From Candidatus Adlerbacteria bacterium (lineage in GTDB: Bacteria > Patescibacteriota > Minisyncoccia > Phycocordibacterales > SBAW01), in contig CAIUOD010000038.1 in the NCBI GenBank assembly GCA_903900775.1, forward strand, positions 1-49,948: 49,948 nt of DNA, written 5' to 3'. Below the pieces are notes generated by a model. That model saw only the letters and a program-made list of their open reading frames with translations, was not told where the DNA came from and did not search any database. Shown in pieces: positions 32,677-40,417 of the stretch (positions are counted from its first letter, which is position 1; every line of letters starts with the position of its first letter). The position numbers and the translations under genes were made by a program.

Positions 32677-33390
32677 ATGAAGCGCAAACTCGAAACCACA
32701 ACCTTGCTTGGGATTGATTGTGTCGACATCGATCGTCTGATAGTGGCCGCCGAGATTTGCCAGCAAGCATTTGATTTTGCAGAAGTAAAACTCTTAACAT
32801 CTCTGCCGTCGAATAACTCAAACATCATCCTCATCCCGCCGGTTGATTCAATCGAAGAATACTCGCGCTTTATGATCGAGGAGCTCGATGCCTATGTCGA
32901 GACGCCGCACGTGCTCGTTATTCAATACGATGGATTTATTCTGAACCCGAGCGCTTGGACAGATGAATTTCTTGCCTACGATTATATCGGTGCGCCGTGG
33001 TTTGTGGATAGATGGGCAGTCGGGAAATTCGGTCTTTCTGAAGATCTCATCGGCACCTCGATAGTGGGGAATGGCGGCTTCAGCCTGCGGAGTAAAAAGT
33101 TCCTCTCGCTGTGCGCCGAGCTCTCCCGTGAGCACGCGCTTGAGAAGTTACACCCCGAAGATGCCGCACTGTGTGTATGGAATCGCGAATTATTAGAAGC
33201 GCGTGGTGCACGCTTTGCTCCGGTGGCGCTCGCAAAGCAATTTAGCTTTGAAAGGATAACAAATGACCATACTAAATGGGATGAGCAGTTCGGCTTCCAC
33301 GGATTCCGCTGGAGCGACATTACCAAGTGGCAGGCAGAGCATCCTGAATACGAAATTAATGCGGAGCAAAAAACAATCCGCCACGTTTAA
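32677..33390 (+). CDS. DUF5672-like protein (uncharacterised)
   Basis: ..YDYIGAPW.. and ..VGNGGFSLRSKKF.. blocks, as I remember them for DUF5672. It lies 9 nt downstream of the SET gene. Confidence 0.5.
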   Translation: MKRKLETTTLLGIDCVDIDRLIVAAEICQQAFDFAEVKLLTSLPSNNSNIILIPPVDSIEEYSRFMIEELDAYVETPHVLVIQYDGFILNPSAWTDEFLAYDYIGAPWFVDRWAVGKFGLSEDLIGTSIVGNGGFSLRSKKFLSLCAELSREHALEKLHPEDAALCVWNRELLEARGARFAPVALAKQFSFERITNDHTKWDEQFGFHGFRWSDITKWQAEHPEYEINAEQKTIRHV

Positions 33391-33443
33391 TCCACGAGCT
33401 CTGGGGAAATGCAAATGTAAATAATTTCGGGTATTATGTCGGC

Positions 33444-33953
33444 ATGTCTGCGGACGCACATAAAAAAGATTTGGAGAAGAAAACTGGTTTTTGGGCGGAT
33501 TTCCGCGCCTTCGCCGCAAAGGGGAATGTTATTGACCTGGCCGTGGCCGTCGTCATTGGCAGTGCCTTCACGGCGGTAATCAATTCGCTGGTTGCCAACG
33601 TCATCACGCCGCTCCTCGGGCTTCTCACCGGTAATGGTTCTACCGATGTCAAAAATCTTTCAATCACTCTGCATTCGCCCAATCCGCTCGTGGCCAACGC
33701 CCAGCCGCTCATGCTCAACTATGGCGCGTTCATTCAGGCGGCCATCAACTTCTTTATCATCGCGCTCTCGATCTTCCTTTTGTTCAAGCTCGTCTCCTCT
33801 ATGCGCCGAACGATATTTCGGCAGGGTGAGGATGCGGTGCCCGAGCACGAGAAACCAGCCGAAGAGCGTCTGTTGGAAGAGATTCGCGATTTACTGCGCC
33901 AGCAAAATGGGGAGCCAGAGGTTGCGCAAGGGGCGGCAACGGCACAGGAATGA
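33444..33953 (+). CDS. mscL: large-conductance mechanosensitive channel MscL
   Basis: ..FRAFAAKGNVIDLAVAVVIGSAFTAVINSLVANVITPLLG.. plus a second TM and a charged C-terminus. Confidence 0.9.
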   Translation: MSADAHKKDLEKKTGFWADFRAFAAKGNVIDLAVAVVIGSAFTAVINSLVANVITPLLGLLTGNGSTDVKNLSITLHSPNPLVANAQPLMLNYGAFIQAAINFFIIALSIFLLFKLVSSMRRTIFRQGEDAVPEHEKPAEERLLEEIRDLLRQQNGEPEVAQGAATAQE

Positions 33954-33965
33954 TATAGTGGCTCC

Positions 33966-34676
33966 ATGTCTGAACCAGAACAAGCAAAATTTACTATTTC
34001 ACCGGGCGTTTCTATTATTCTCGCGGGCGTACTCATCGCAGGCTCGATTGTTTTTGTAAATCTGCACCCGGCACCTTCTACGGCCGCCGTCGCAGAAGCT
34101 GCCGCCGCACAGGTACCTACCCAGATGAATGTCCGCGCTCCCTCGGCGAGCGATCACCTCATCGGTTCGTCTACAGCCCCCATCGTGCTCATCGAATATG
34201 CGGACTTCCAGTGCATTTACTGCGCACGCATCTATCCGTCGCTTAAAAACATTGTTGAGAATTCAAACGGTACCGTGGCGTGGGTTTATCGCGAGCTCCC
34301 GCTCACCAGCATCCACCCCGAGGCACTGCCGGCCGCCGAGGCCGCCGAGTGCGTCGCAGCACAATTAGGCGATAAAGGATTCTGGGCATATACCGAGGCG
34401 GTGTTCGATAATCAAGGCTCGCTCTCGCAAGAGTATTCGGCTGGGCTCGCCAAACAATTTGGTGCTGACCCTAAAAAATTCGCCAGCTGTGTCTCCGCCA
34501 AAACCTATCAGAGTAAAATTGATACAGACACTGCCGAGGGTGAACACTTGGGAGCACAGGGTACACCTTTCACGGTCGTCTACAACACAAAGACCGGCAA
34601 GAGTGAAGTCGTTTCGGGAGCGTTCCCACAGGCACAAATAGAGGCCGTGATACAATCAGTCGAGAAGGGCAACTAG
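33966..34676 (+). CDS. DsbA-family thiol:disulfide oxidoreductase (membrane-anchored)
   Basis: N-terminal TM. Thioredoxin-fold active site ..IEYADFQCIYCARIYP.. (CxxC), and ..GAQGTPFTVV.. (cis-Pro loop region). Confidence 0.8.
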   Translation: MSEPEQAKFTISPGVSIILAGVLIAGSIVFVNLHPAPSTAAVAEAAAAQVPTQMNVRAPSASDHLIGSSTAPIVLIEYADFQCIYCARIYPSLKNIVENSNGTVAWVYRELPLTSIHPEALPAAEAAECVAAQLGDKGFWAYTEAVFDNQGSLSQEYSAGLAKQFGADPKKFASCVSAKTYQSKIDTDTAEGEHLGAQGTPFTVVYNTKTGKSEVVSGAFPQAQIEAVIQSVEKGN

Positions 34677-34715
34677 CCCGTAGTGGTTGCTTATTAGTAA
34701 TTAGTATTTATTTCT

Positions 34716-35567
34716 ATGGATACTCTTTTCCAAGGTGCGTCGGGCGACAAACTGCGCAAGGCAGTCTTAACGGCAGTCAGCATGCTCGCGCTCTTTCTCC
34801 TCTTCGAAGCCATCAGTGTCGTGCTCGGCTTCCCCTACATCGGCGCCGTTGAGAAGCAGGGCTATACGATAAATGTTGGCGGCCACGGCGAAGTGTTGGC
34901 CGTGCCGGACATCGCGACCTTCAGCTTCTCGGTCGTTTCGGATAAATCGACCGTTGCCGCGGCGCAGGATGACTCTGCCACCAAAGCCAACGCCATCACC
35001 GCCTATGTAACCAGTGCGGGTGTTGATACTAAAGATATCCAAACGACCGACTACTCGGTCGCGCCGCAGTACGAATATCAAAACGCTGTCTGCCCGCAGG
35101 CGGCAACTGCGCCGAGTGCGGTTGGCTCGGGGATGGGTGTCAACTCGGTCGTGTACTGCCCGTCGGGCAAACAGGTACTCAAGGGCTACGAGGTGCGCCA
35201 GCAGACAACCATCAAAGTGCGCGATACCAGCAAAGCAGGCGACTTGCTCGCAGGTGTGGGCGGTAAAGGTGCCACCGAGGTGAGCGGGCTCTCCTTCACT
35301 TTGGACAATCCCGAAGTGATACAACAGCAAGCGCGCGCCAAGGCGGTCGCGGACGCGCAGCAGCAGGCGCAGGCGCTGGCCAAATCACTCGGTGTCTCGC
35401 TTGGGCGCGTGAGCTCGTTCTACGAGAACGCCACCCAAGACAGCTCGCGCTCGCCTATGCCGTACGCCACAATGACCTCAAGCGGTAAGGGCGTGGTGGC
35501 TCCCGAAATATCGACCGGCCAAAACAAAGTGACCGACGACGTTACCGTCACCTACGAAATTCGGTAG
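34716..35567 (+). CDS. SIMPL (DUF541) domain envelope protein
   Basis: N-terminal TM. ..TINVGGHGEVLAVPDIATFSFSV.. , ..LKGYEVRQQTTIKVRD.. , ..ARAKAVADAQQQAQALAKSLGVSLGRV.. follow the SIMPL pattern. Confidence 0.7.
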   Translation: MDTLFQGASGDKLRKAVLTAVSMLALFLLFEAISVVLGFPYIGAVEKQGYTINVGGHGEVLAVPDIATFSFSVVSDKSTVAAAQDDSATKANAITAYVTSAGVDTKDIQTTDYSVAPQYEYQNAVCPQAATAPSAVGSGMGVNSVVYCPSGKQVLKGYEVRQQTTIKVRDTSKAGDLLAGVGGKGATEVSGLSFTLDNPEVIQQQARAKAVADAQQQAQALAKSLGVSLGRVSSFYENATQDSSRSPMPYATMTSSGKGVVAPEISTGQNKVTDDVTVTYEIR

Positions 35568-35584
35568 TTAAAGTTGTAATAGCG

Positions 35585-35625
35585 AAAGGGCCGGGACATC
35601 GTTAGATTGATGCCCGGCCCTTTTT
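35585..35625. terminator. bidirectional rho-independent terminator
   Basis: aaagggccggg (35585-35595) pairs with cccggcccttt (35613-35623), with A/T runs on both sides. It lies between convergent genes. Confidence 0.7.
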
Positions 35626-35636
35626 GCGGCTCGTGC

Positions 35637-35963
35637 TCATGCTTTGGGTTTCGGCACGAAAGTCAGCATGATGCTGCCGTCAGGATCCTCGACGGCCCGG
35701 TAGACCTCCAGATCGCTTGTTTGTTTCGGGTACTCGATATACCTGATCTGGCCGAAGGCTCTGTCAGCGGTCGAAGACGCCCATGGCCGGGGCTTTGCCG
35801 GGTCTGGGGCAGTAGAATGTACGATGAGTCGGGCAAATTCCTTTCGGTCGCCTTCCACCAGCCACAACCCATCGGGGTTTCTGATGAGATAGCTAACCCC
35901 CTTCTCCTGCTCGGCTCTTGCGCGCGTCTCAATCATGGCCGCACTCTTATACAGGTCGTGCAT
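35637..35963 (-). CDS. hypothetical protein (108 aa)
   Basis: Internal ATG (35961-35963) preceded by GGAGGGAG at a 2-5 nt spacing. MHDLYKSAAMIETRARAEQEKGVSYLIRNPDGLWLVEGD.. No family recognised. Confidence 0.45.
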   Translation of the reverse strand: MHDLYKSAAMIETRARAEQEKGVSYLIRNPDGLWLVEGDRKEFARLIVHSTAPDPAKPRPWASSTADRAFGQIRYIEYPKQTSDLEVYRAVEDPDGSIMLTFVPKPKA

Positions 35964-36114
35964 GTCTCCCTCCGGCGGTGCATATGCGGCGGGGCGCCGC
36001 AACCAGTTGAAATCTAGCAGGCGGGGACTTTTTTAGCAATTCGACACCGACGTACTTACGGGCATTGTATGTGCGGGTGTGCTATAACCAGGGTGGCAAT
36101 GTGGGGAGGTTTAC

Positions 36115-36285
36115 ATGCCGAATTGGGAGCGTTCTCTGCGAGACCAAACGGGATTTTTCCCGGAAGGCCCCGGCTTCCGTTTTTGGCTGGCATGCGGGAC
36201 TTTGAGGGCTATGGAATGGGGGAAGTCGCTCCCAGCCCGGCTCAAGGGCGTCGCGTATGTCGTGTGCGGGGTCATCGTCAAGTGA
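36115..36285 (+). CDS. possible 56-aa Trp-rich small protein
   Basis: Below the ORF-track cut-off. GGGGAGG Shine-Dalgarno 5 nt before the ATG at 36115. MPNWERSLRDQTGFFPEGPGFRFWLACGTLRAMEWGKSLPARLKGVAYVVCGVIVK. A strong terminator follows. Confidence 0.4.
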   Translation: MPNWERSLRDQTGFFPEGPGFRFWLACGTLRAMEWGKSLPARLKGVAYVVCGVIVK

Positions 36286-36304
36286 TGACTCCGTGCCGAA
36301 ACTA

Positions 36305-36339
36305 GGGGTCTTTGCGGTTGCAAGGACCCCACCTTTTTA
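36305..36339 (+). terminator. rho-independent terminator
   Basis: 11-bp stem ggggtctttgc / gcaaggacccc with loop ggtt, then acCTTTTT. Confidence 0.75.
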
Positions 36340-36341
36340 TG

Positions 36342-36369
36342 TTGACACCCACTTCAAATAGGGTAGAAT
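36342..36369 (+). promoter_or_regulatory. sigma-70-like promoter for the secE-nusG-rplK unit
   Basis: TTGACA (36342-36347), a 16-nt spacer, then TAGAAT (36364-36369). The ~108-nt leader contains hairpins at 36380-36397 (aaagccc-tgcg-gggcttt) and 36437-36467 (gccgcgt...acgcggc). Confidence 0.5.
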
Positions 36370-36483
36370 GGTATGTATTAAAGCCCTGCGGGGCTTTTAA
36401 AATTGGCAAAAATTAAGAAAGAATAATAAAGAAAACAGCCGCGTCTTAAAGGACGATACGCGGCATGATTTCGACTAAATCAT

Positions 36484-36654
36484 ATGTTTAACTACTTTAA
36501 AGAGGTTCGTGCAGAAATGCGGCATGTCACATGGCCGAGCCAGAGCCAAGCCATCATCTATACCAGCATTGTTATCGGTATCTCGCTCCTCACGGCTGCC
36601 TACCTCGGGCTCTTGGATTACATCTTTGGGCTCATCATTCAGAAGATTATTTAA
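36484..36654 (+). CDS. secE: preprotein translocase subunit SecE
   Basis: Below the ORF-track cut-off. MFNYFKEVRAEMRHVTWPSQSQAIIYTSIVIGISLLTAAYLGLLDYIFGLIIQKII (56 aa). It has the classic SecE C-terminal TM and sits upstream of nusG. Confidence 0.85.
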   Translation: MFNYFKEVRAEMRHVTWPSQSQAIIYTSIVIGISLLTAAYLGLLDYIFGLIIQKII

Positions 36655-36678
36655 CGCGCGCTTATCCTCTCAAATCAC

Positions 36679-37230
36679 ATGTCAAAACAAGACAACAGTG
36701 TCGGGCGCGCGTGGTATGCGGTGCACACCTATGCCGGCTATGAGAACGCCGTCGCGCGCAATCTCAAACAGCGCATCGAGTCGATGGGCCTCTCGGACAA
36801 AATTTTCAATGTCGTCGTACCGACCGAGCGCACCATTAAGATTAAAGGCGGTCGCCGCGTCGAAGAAGAAGAAAAAGTCTATCCCGGCTATGTGTTGGTC
36901 GAGATGAGCGTCGACGATCAGTCGTGGTTTGTCGTGCGCAACACCCCGCGCGTGACGGGTTTCGTCGGCTCGGGCACCACCCCGGTCCCGCTCAAAGAGT
37001 CCGAAGTCGCGGCGCTCTTGGGGCGCATGCAGGAGAAAGAGGGAAGTGTCACCCATGAGATCGACCTCACTCCGGGCGAGTCGGTCACCATCATCGACGG
37101 GCCGTTTAAAGATTTGGACGGCAAAGTGGGCGAGGTAGACGAGGCCCGCGGCAAGGTGAAGGTTTTGGTGGCGATGTTCGGCCGCGAGACGCCCGTCGAG
37201 CTCGATTTCTTGCAAATTAAGAGAATTTGA
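36679..37230 (+). CDS. nusG: transcription termination/antitermination factor NusG
   Basis: ..AWYAVHTYAGYENAV.. NGN domain and a KOW motif (..GESVTIIDGPFKDLDGKVGEVD..). Confidence 0.95.
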   Translation: MSKQDNSVGRAWYAVHTYAGYENAVARNLKQRIESMGLSDKIFNVVVPTERTIKIKGGRRVEEEEKVYPGYVLVEMSVDDQSWFVVRNTPRVTGFVGSGTTPVPLKESEVAALLGRMQEKEGSVTHEIDLTPGESVTIIDGPFKDLDGKVGEVDEARGKVKVLVAMFGRETPVELDFLQIKRI

Positions 37231-37245
37231 GATAGAGTCCGCTAC

Positions 37246-37309
37246 AGAAAATACTATTCCCGCTCACTGCAGGGCAACAAGGGGACGTTCGCTTAAAACA
37301 GTATTTTCT
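37246..37309 (+). promoter_or_regulatory. hairpin in the nusG-rplK spacer (candidate rplK leader/attenuator)
   Basis: 10-bp inverted repeat agaaaatact (37246-37255) / agtattttct (37300-37309) enclosing 44 nt. It ends 16 nt before the rplK ATG. Confidence 0.3.
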
Positions 37310-37325
37310 TTCGCTCAAACACAAC

Positions 37326-37748
37326 ATGGCAAAAAAAGTAACTAAAAAACTGAAAATCATCGCTCCGGCAGGCAAGGCCACGCCGGCGCCTCCGCTCGGC
37401 ACCACGCTCGGGCCCGCCGGCATCAACATCGGCGAATTTGTGCAGAAGTTTAACGCGGCCACTCAAGACCGTTTGGGCAACCTGGTCCCGGTCGAGATAA
37501 CCATCTACGAAGACCGCACCTACGATTTCGTTCTCAAAACGTCGCCAGCCTCCGGCCTCATCATGAAGAAGCTCGGCAAGGAGAAAGGCTCGGGCAAACC
37601 CAACACTTCTAAAATCGGCACGCTCACTCAAGCGCAATTGCGCGAGATTGCCGAGGAGAAAATGGTGGATCTCAATGCGAACGATGTCGACGCCGCGATG
37701 AAAATAATCGCCGGCACCGCTCGCTCGATGGGGGTCGACGTGAAGTAG
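37326..37748 (+). CDS. rplK: 50S ribosomal protein L11
   Basis: [43 protein letters not shown].. is canonical L11. Confidence 0.95.
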   Translation: MAKKVTKKLKIIAPAGKATPAPPLGTTLGPAGINIGEFVQKFNAATQDRLGNLVPVEITIYEDRTYDFVLKTSPASGLIMKKLGKEKGSGKPNTSKIGTLTQAQLREIAEEKMVDLNANDVDAAMKIIAGTARSMGVDVK

Positions 37749-37849
37749 GAAACGTCGACCGGCCGGAGGCTGTCGAGCCGAGGCGGGCCCGCACAACTTT
37801 TCAGCAGAAAAGTATGCGTGGGTGGACGTGAAATAATTTTTAAAAAACT

Positions 37850-38599
37850 GTGGAGGTTTTGCCCATACATCTGCCGCCGCTTGTGCCACCCAAGGACGAT
37901 TTGCTGGGGAAGATTTTTGCATCAAAGATTCGGCTCAAAGACGGCGACGTTCTCGCGATTTCTTCTAAAGTGGTGAGTATTGGCGAGGGGCGCTGCGTGC
38001 CTACTTCTTCAATCACCAAAGAAGAGTTGATTAAAAAAGAGGCAAAACTTTTCTATGCGCCGAAAGAGACTGAAAAGTGGGGTTATCAGTTCACTATCAC
38101 ACACGGCGTCTTGTGTGGCAGCGCGGGTATCGACCAGAGCAACGGTAACGAGCATTTTATTTTATGGCCAAAAGACCCGATGCGTTCAGCAAAAGTTGTG
38201 CGTCTCGCGCTCATGAAGCACTATCATCTTAAAAAATTCGGCGTCGTTATTACCGACTCGACCAGTCGGCCACTACGCCGCGGAGCGATGGGCTTCGCGC
38301 TCGCGTGGGCCGGTATTGATCCTCTTTATGACTATCGTGGCACGAAGGATATTTTTGGCCGCGCCATCCGCGTTGAGCAAGCCAACATGATAGACGGCCT
38401 CGCCGCCGCCGCGGTCCTCATGATGGGGGAGGGAGCGGAGCAGACACCGCTGGCGCTCATCCGCAATGCCCCAACACATCTGTGGAAGAGCCGCCACACG
38501 AGCCTTGGATGGAATAAACTAATCGTGCCGCTCAAAGACGATCTCTTTGCGCCGTTTCTCCTACGCGCCAAGTGGCAAAAAGGCAAAGGGAAGAAATAA
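37850..38599 (+). CDS. CofE-like gamma-glutamyl ligase family protein (F420-0:gamma-glutamyl ligase fold); putative folate-related ligase
   Basis: ..LKDGDVLAISSKVVSIGEGRCV.., ..SAGIDQSN.., ..VVITDSTSRPLRRGAMGFALAWAGI.. follow the CofE/F420_ligase pattern. GTG start at 37850. It is adjacent to folA. Confidence 0.7.
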   Translation: MEVLPIHLPPLVPPKDDLLGKIFASKIRLKDGDVLAISSKVVSIGEGRCVPTSSITKEELIKKEAKLFYAPKETEKWGYQFTITHGVLCGSAGIDQSNGNEHFILWPKDPMRSAKVVRLALMKHYHLKKFGVVITDSTSRPLRRGAMGFALAWAGIDPLYDYRGTKDIFGRAIRVEQANMIDGLAAAAVLMMGEGAEQTPLALIRNAPTHLWKSRHTSLGWNKLIVPLKDDLFAPFLLRAKWQKGKGKK

Positions 38600-38616
38600 T
38601 TTTATTTTTGCCGCGG

Positions 38617-39117
38617 TTATTTCTCTAAATCAACCCACGAATATTTCAAACCGTTCCATTCGCGCGCCTCTTCAGCAATTTTTTTGGTGAAAATATATTC
38701 GTAGGCGGGGAAGTAAGCGTCGCCCTCTTTTTCATCATCAATCAAGGTGAGGTAGAGACGATTAGCCAAGGGTAATCCTTGTGCATAGGTCAAAGCGCCG
38801 CCGATGATAAAAATTTCTTCGCCGTCTATCGCACTCGCTTTTGCTATCGCGTCTTCTATTGAAACGGCAGTCATGGCGCCGTCGTGGTGCCAGGAGGCTT
38901 TATCCGAGATGACGATGTTGGTGCGGCCGGGGAGTGGCTTGCCTAAGGTGGAGAGAATCGAATGGAAGGTGTTATAGCCCATAATGACCGGATGGCCCAA
39001 AGTGAGCTGTTTAAATCGCTTGAGATCGTCCGGGATAGGCCACAGAAGCTGGTTTTTTAGGCCGATAACGCGGTTTTGGCCTAAGGCGGCAATCATGCTG
39101 ATGCGCGATTTTTGCAT
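38617..39117 (-). CDS. folA: dihydrofolate reductase
   Basis: ISMIAALGQNRVIGLKNQLLWPIPDDLKRFKQLTLGHPVIMGYNTFHSI..GRTNIVIS.. is canonical DHFR. Confidence 0.9.
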   Translation of the reverse strand: MQKSRISMIAALGQNRVIGLKNQLLWPIPDDLKRFKQLTLGHPVIMGYNTFHSILSTLGKPLPGRTNIVISDKASWHHDGAMTAVSIEDAIAKASAIDGEEIFIIGGALTYAQGLPLANRLYLTLIDDEKEGDAYFPAYEYIFTKKIAEEAREWNGLKYSWVDLEK

Positions 39118-39144
39118 ATATTCGCCTTAGTGTACACTAGGCCC

Positions 39145-39819
39145 ATGCAGTCCTACGAGGTTGAGGTGAAGTCTCTGCTCGGGAATCCCGAGCGCGCCGA
39201 AGTTCTGCGTGCGCGTCTGCGCGAGCTCGACCCCGCGGTAAAAATTCTTTCGCGTAATAAACAGCTCAATCATTATTTTGTCGGCGGTAATATTGCGGCG
39301 TTAGCACAAGCGACCGATGCGCACCTCTCGACCCAAGCGAAAGTAAAGATAGACGATCTTGCTGCGCGGGCTAAAGAATTTTCCGTTCGCACGCGCGAGA
39401 AAGACGGCGAGGTACTCCTGGTAGTGAAGTGTTCGGTGGGGGATGACACCAGCGCCAATGGCGTGGCGCGCATGGAGTTTGAAGAAAAGGTGTCGCTCGC
39501 GTTGCTCGAACTCGACCAGCTCGTTCTCTCGGCCGGCTTTGACTATCAAGCCAAATGGTCGCGCGAGCGCGAAGAGTATCTCTGCCGCGACATCAACATC
39601 TGCCTCGACCGCAATGCCGGCTACGGCTGGCTGGCCGAGTTTGAGAAGGTGGTGGAGGCTGAAGCGGAGGTCGCGCTCGCGCGCCAAGAGATAGCCGCGC
39701 TCATGGCGGAATGTGGGGCCTCGGAGCTCCCGCAGGATCGGCTCGAGCGGATGTTCGCGTTCTATAATGCGCATTGGCCGGAGTATTATGGGACGGAGAA
39801 TATTTTTATTATTGAATAA
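39145..39819 (+). CDS. CYTH-domain (triphosphate tunnel metalloenzyme, CyaB-like) protein
   Basis: N-terminal EVEVK (ExExK), acidic/basic strand pattern ..SVRTRE.., ..RMEFEEK.., ..KWSREREEY.., ..GYGWLAEFEKVV.. The start was taken at the ATG at 39145. Confidence 0.6.
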   Translation: MQSYEVEVKSLLGNPERAEVLRARLRELDPAVKILSRNKQLNHYFVGGNIAALAQATDAHLSTQAKVKIDDLAARAKEFSVRTREKDGEVLLVVKCSVGDDTSANGVARMEFEEKVSLALLELDQLVLSAGFDYQAKWSREREEYLCRDINICLDRNAGYGWLAEFEKVVEAEAEVALARQEIAALMAECGASELPQDRLERMFAFYNAHWPEYYGTENIFIIE

Positions 39820-39831
39820 TCAAAAACGAAT

Positions 39832-40416
39832 ATGTTTCTCTCTGATGTCGATATAGCGAAAGGGGTCAAAAACGGCGAGATCACACTCACCCCTTTCGAC
39901 GAGGCGCGCCTTGGGCCAGCCAGCTATGATATTTTGTTGGGCAACACGTTTCTTTTAAACGACGAATACACGGCCGCGATAATTGACCCAGTAAAAAAGA
40001 TTTACGCGCAGACGCGTGAGGTACGTGTGAAAGATGGTGATGAGTTCATCTTGCGCCCTGGCATCTCGGTGCTCGGTTCCTCCAAAGATTTTTTTGGCTC
40101 GGACGCGCTCTTGATACAACTTAGTGGCAAGTCATCTTTGGCGCGCGTGGGGCTGATGATCCACAACACCGCTGGTATTGTGAACCCGGGGCATTTCCTC
40201 AACATTACGCTTGAAATAACCAACCAAAATAACATCCCAATAGTCCTGCGCCCCGGCATGAAAATCGCACAGATAACCTTCTCGACCCTGTCGTCGCTAC
40301 CGAAACAAAATTATCGAAAAACTGGCCGTTTTGCCAAGGATAACTGGAAGCATTTTGTATCCGAAAAGGCGGTACCAAAAAAGCAGAAAAAAATTATTAG
40401 AAAAATTAAAAAATAA
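39832..40416 (+). CDS. dcd: dCTP deaminase (possibly bifunctional dCTP deaminase/dUTPase type)
   Basis: MFLSDVDIAKGVKNGEITLTPFDEARLGPASYDILLG.. and ..SSLARVGLMIHNTAG.. are typical Dcd blocks. Confidence 0.9.
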   Translation: MFLSDVDIAKGVKNGEITLTPFDEARLGPASYDILLGNTFLLNDEYTAAIIDPVKKIYAQTREVRVKDGDEFILRPGISVLGSSKDFFGSDALLIQLSGKSSLARVGLMIHNTAGIVNPGHFLNITLEITNQNNIPIVLRPGMKIAQITFSTLSSLPKQNYRKTGRFAKDNWKHFVSEKAVPKKQKKIIRKIKK

Positions 40417-40417
40417 T

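Noticed and set aside
36003-36340. Possibility that this GC-rich, terminator-ended stretch is RNase P RNA, SRP RNA, tmRNA or 6S RNA; also the 78-aa ORF 36069-36305
   Set aside because: I found no RNase P CR-I (GAGGAAAGUCC), no SRP domain IV (GGAA tetraloop with flanking AGCA), and no tmRNA tRNA-like ends. The 78-aa frame has no SD, whereas another frame has GGGGAGG plus ATG. A novel ncRNA cannot be fully excluded.
36682-37925. Long antisense ORFs 36682-37215 (-) and 37293-37925 (-)
   Set aside because: They are shadow ORFs opposite nusG, rplK and the cofE-like gene. They have Arg/Ala/Gly-rich, low-information sequence of the kind GC-rich DNA produces, and no family resemblance.
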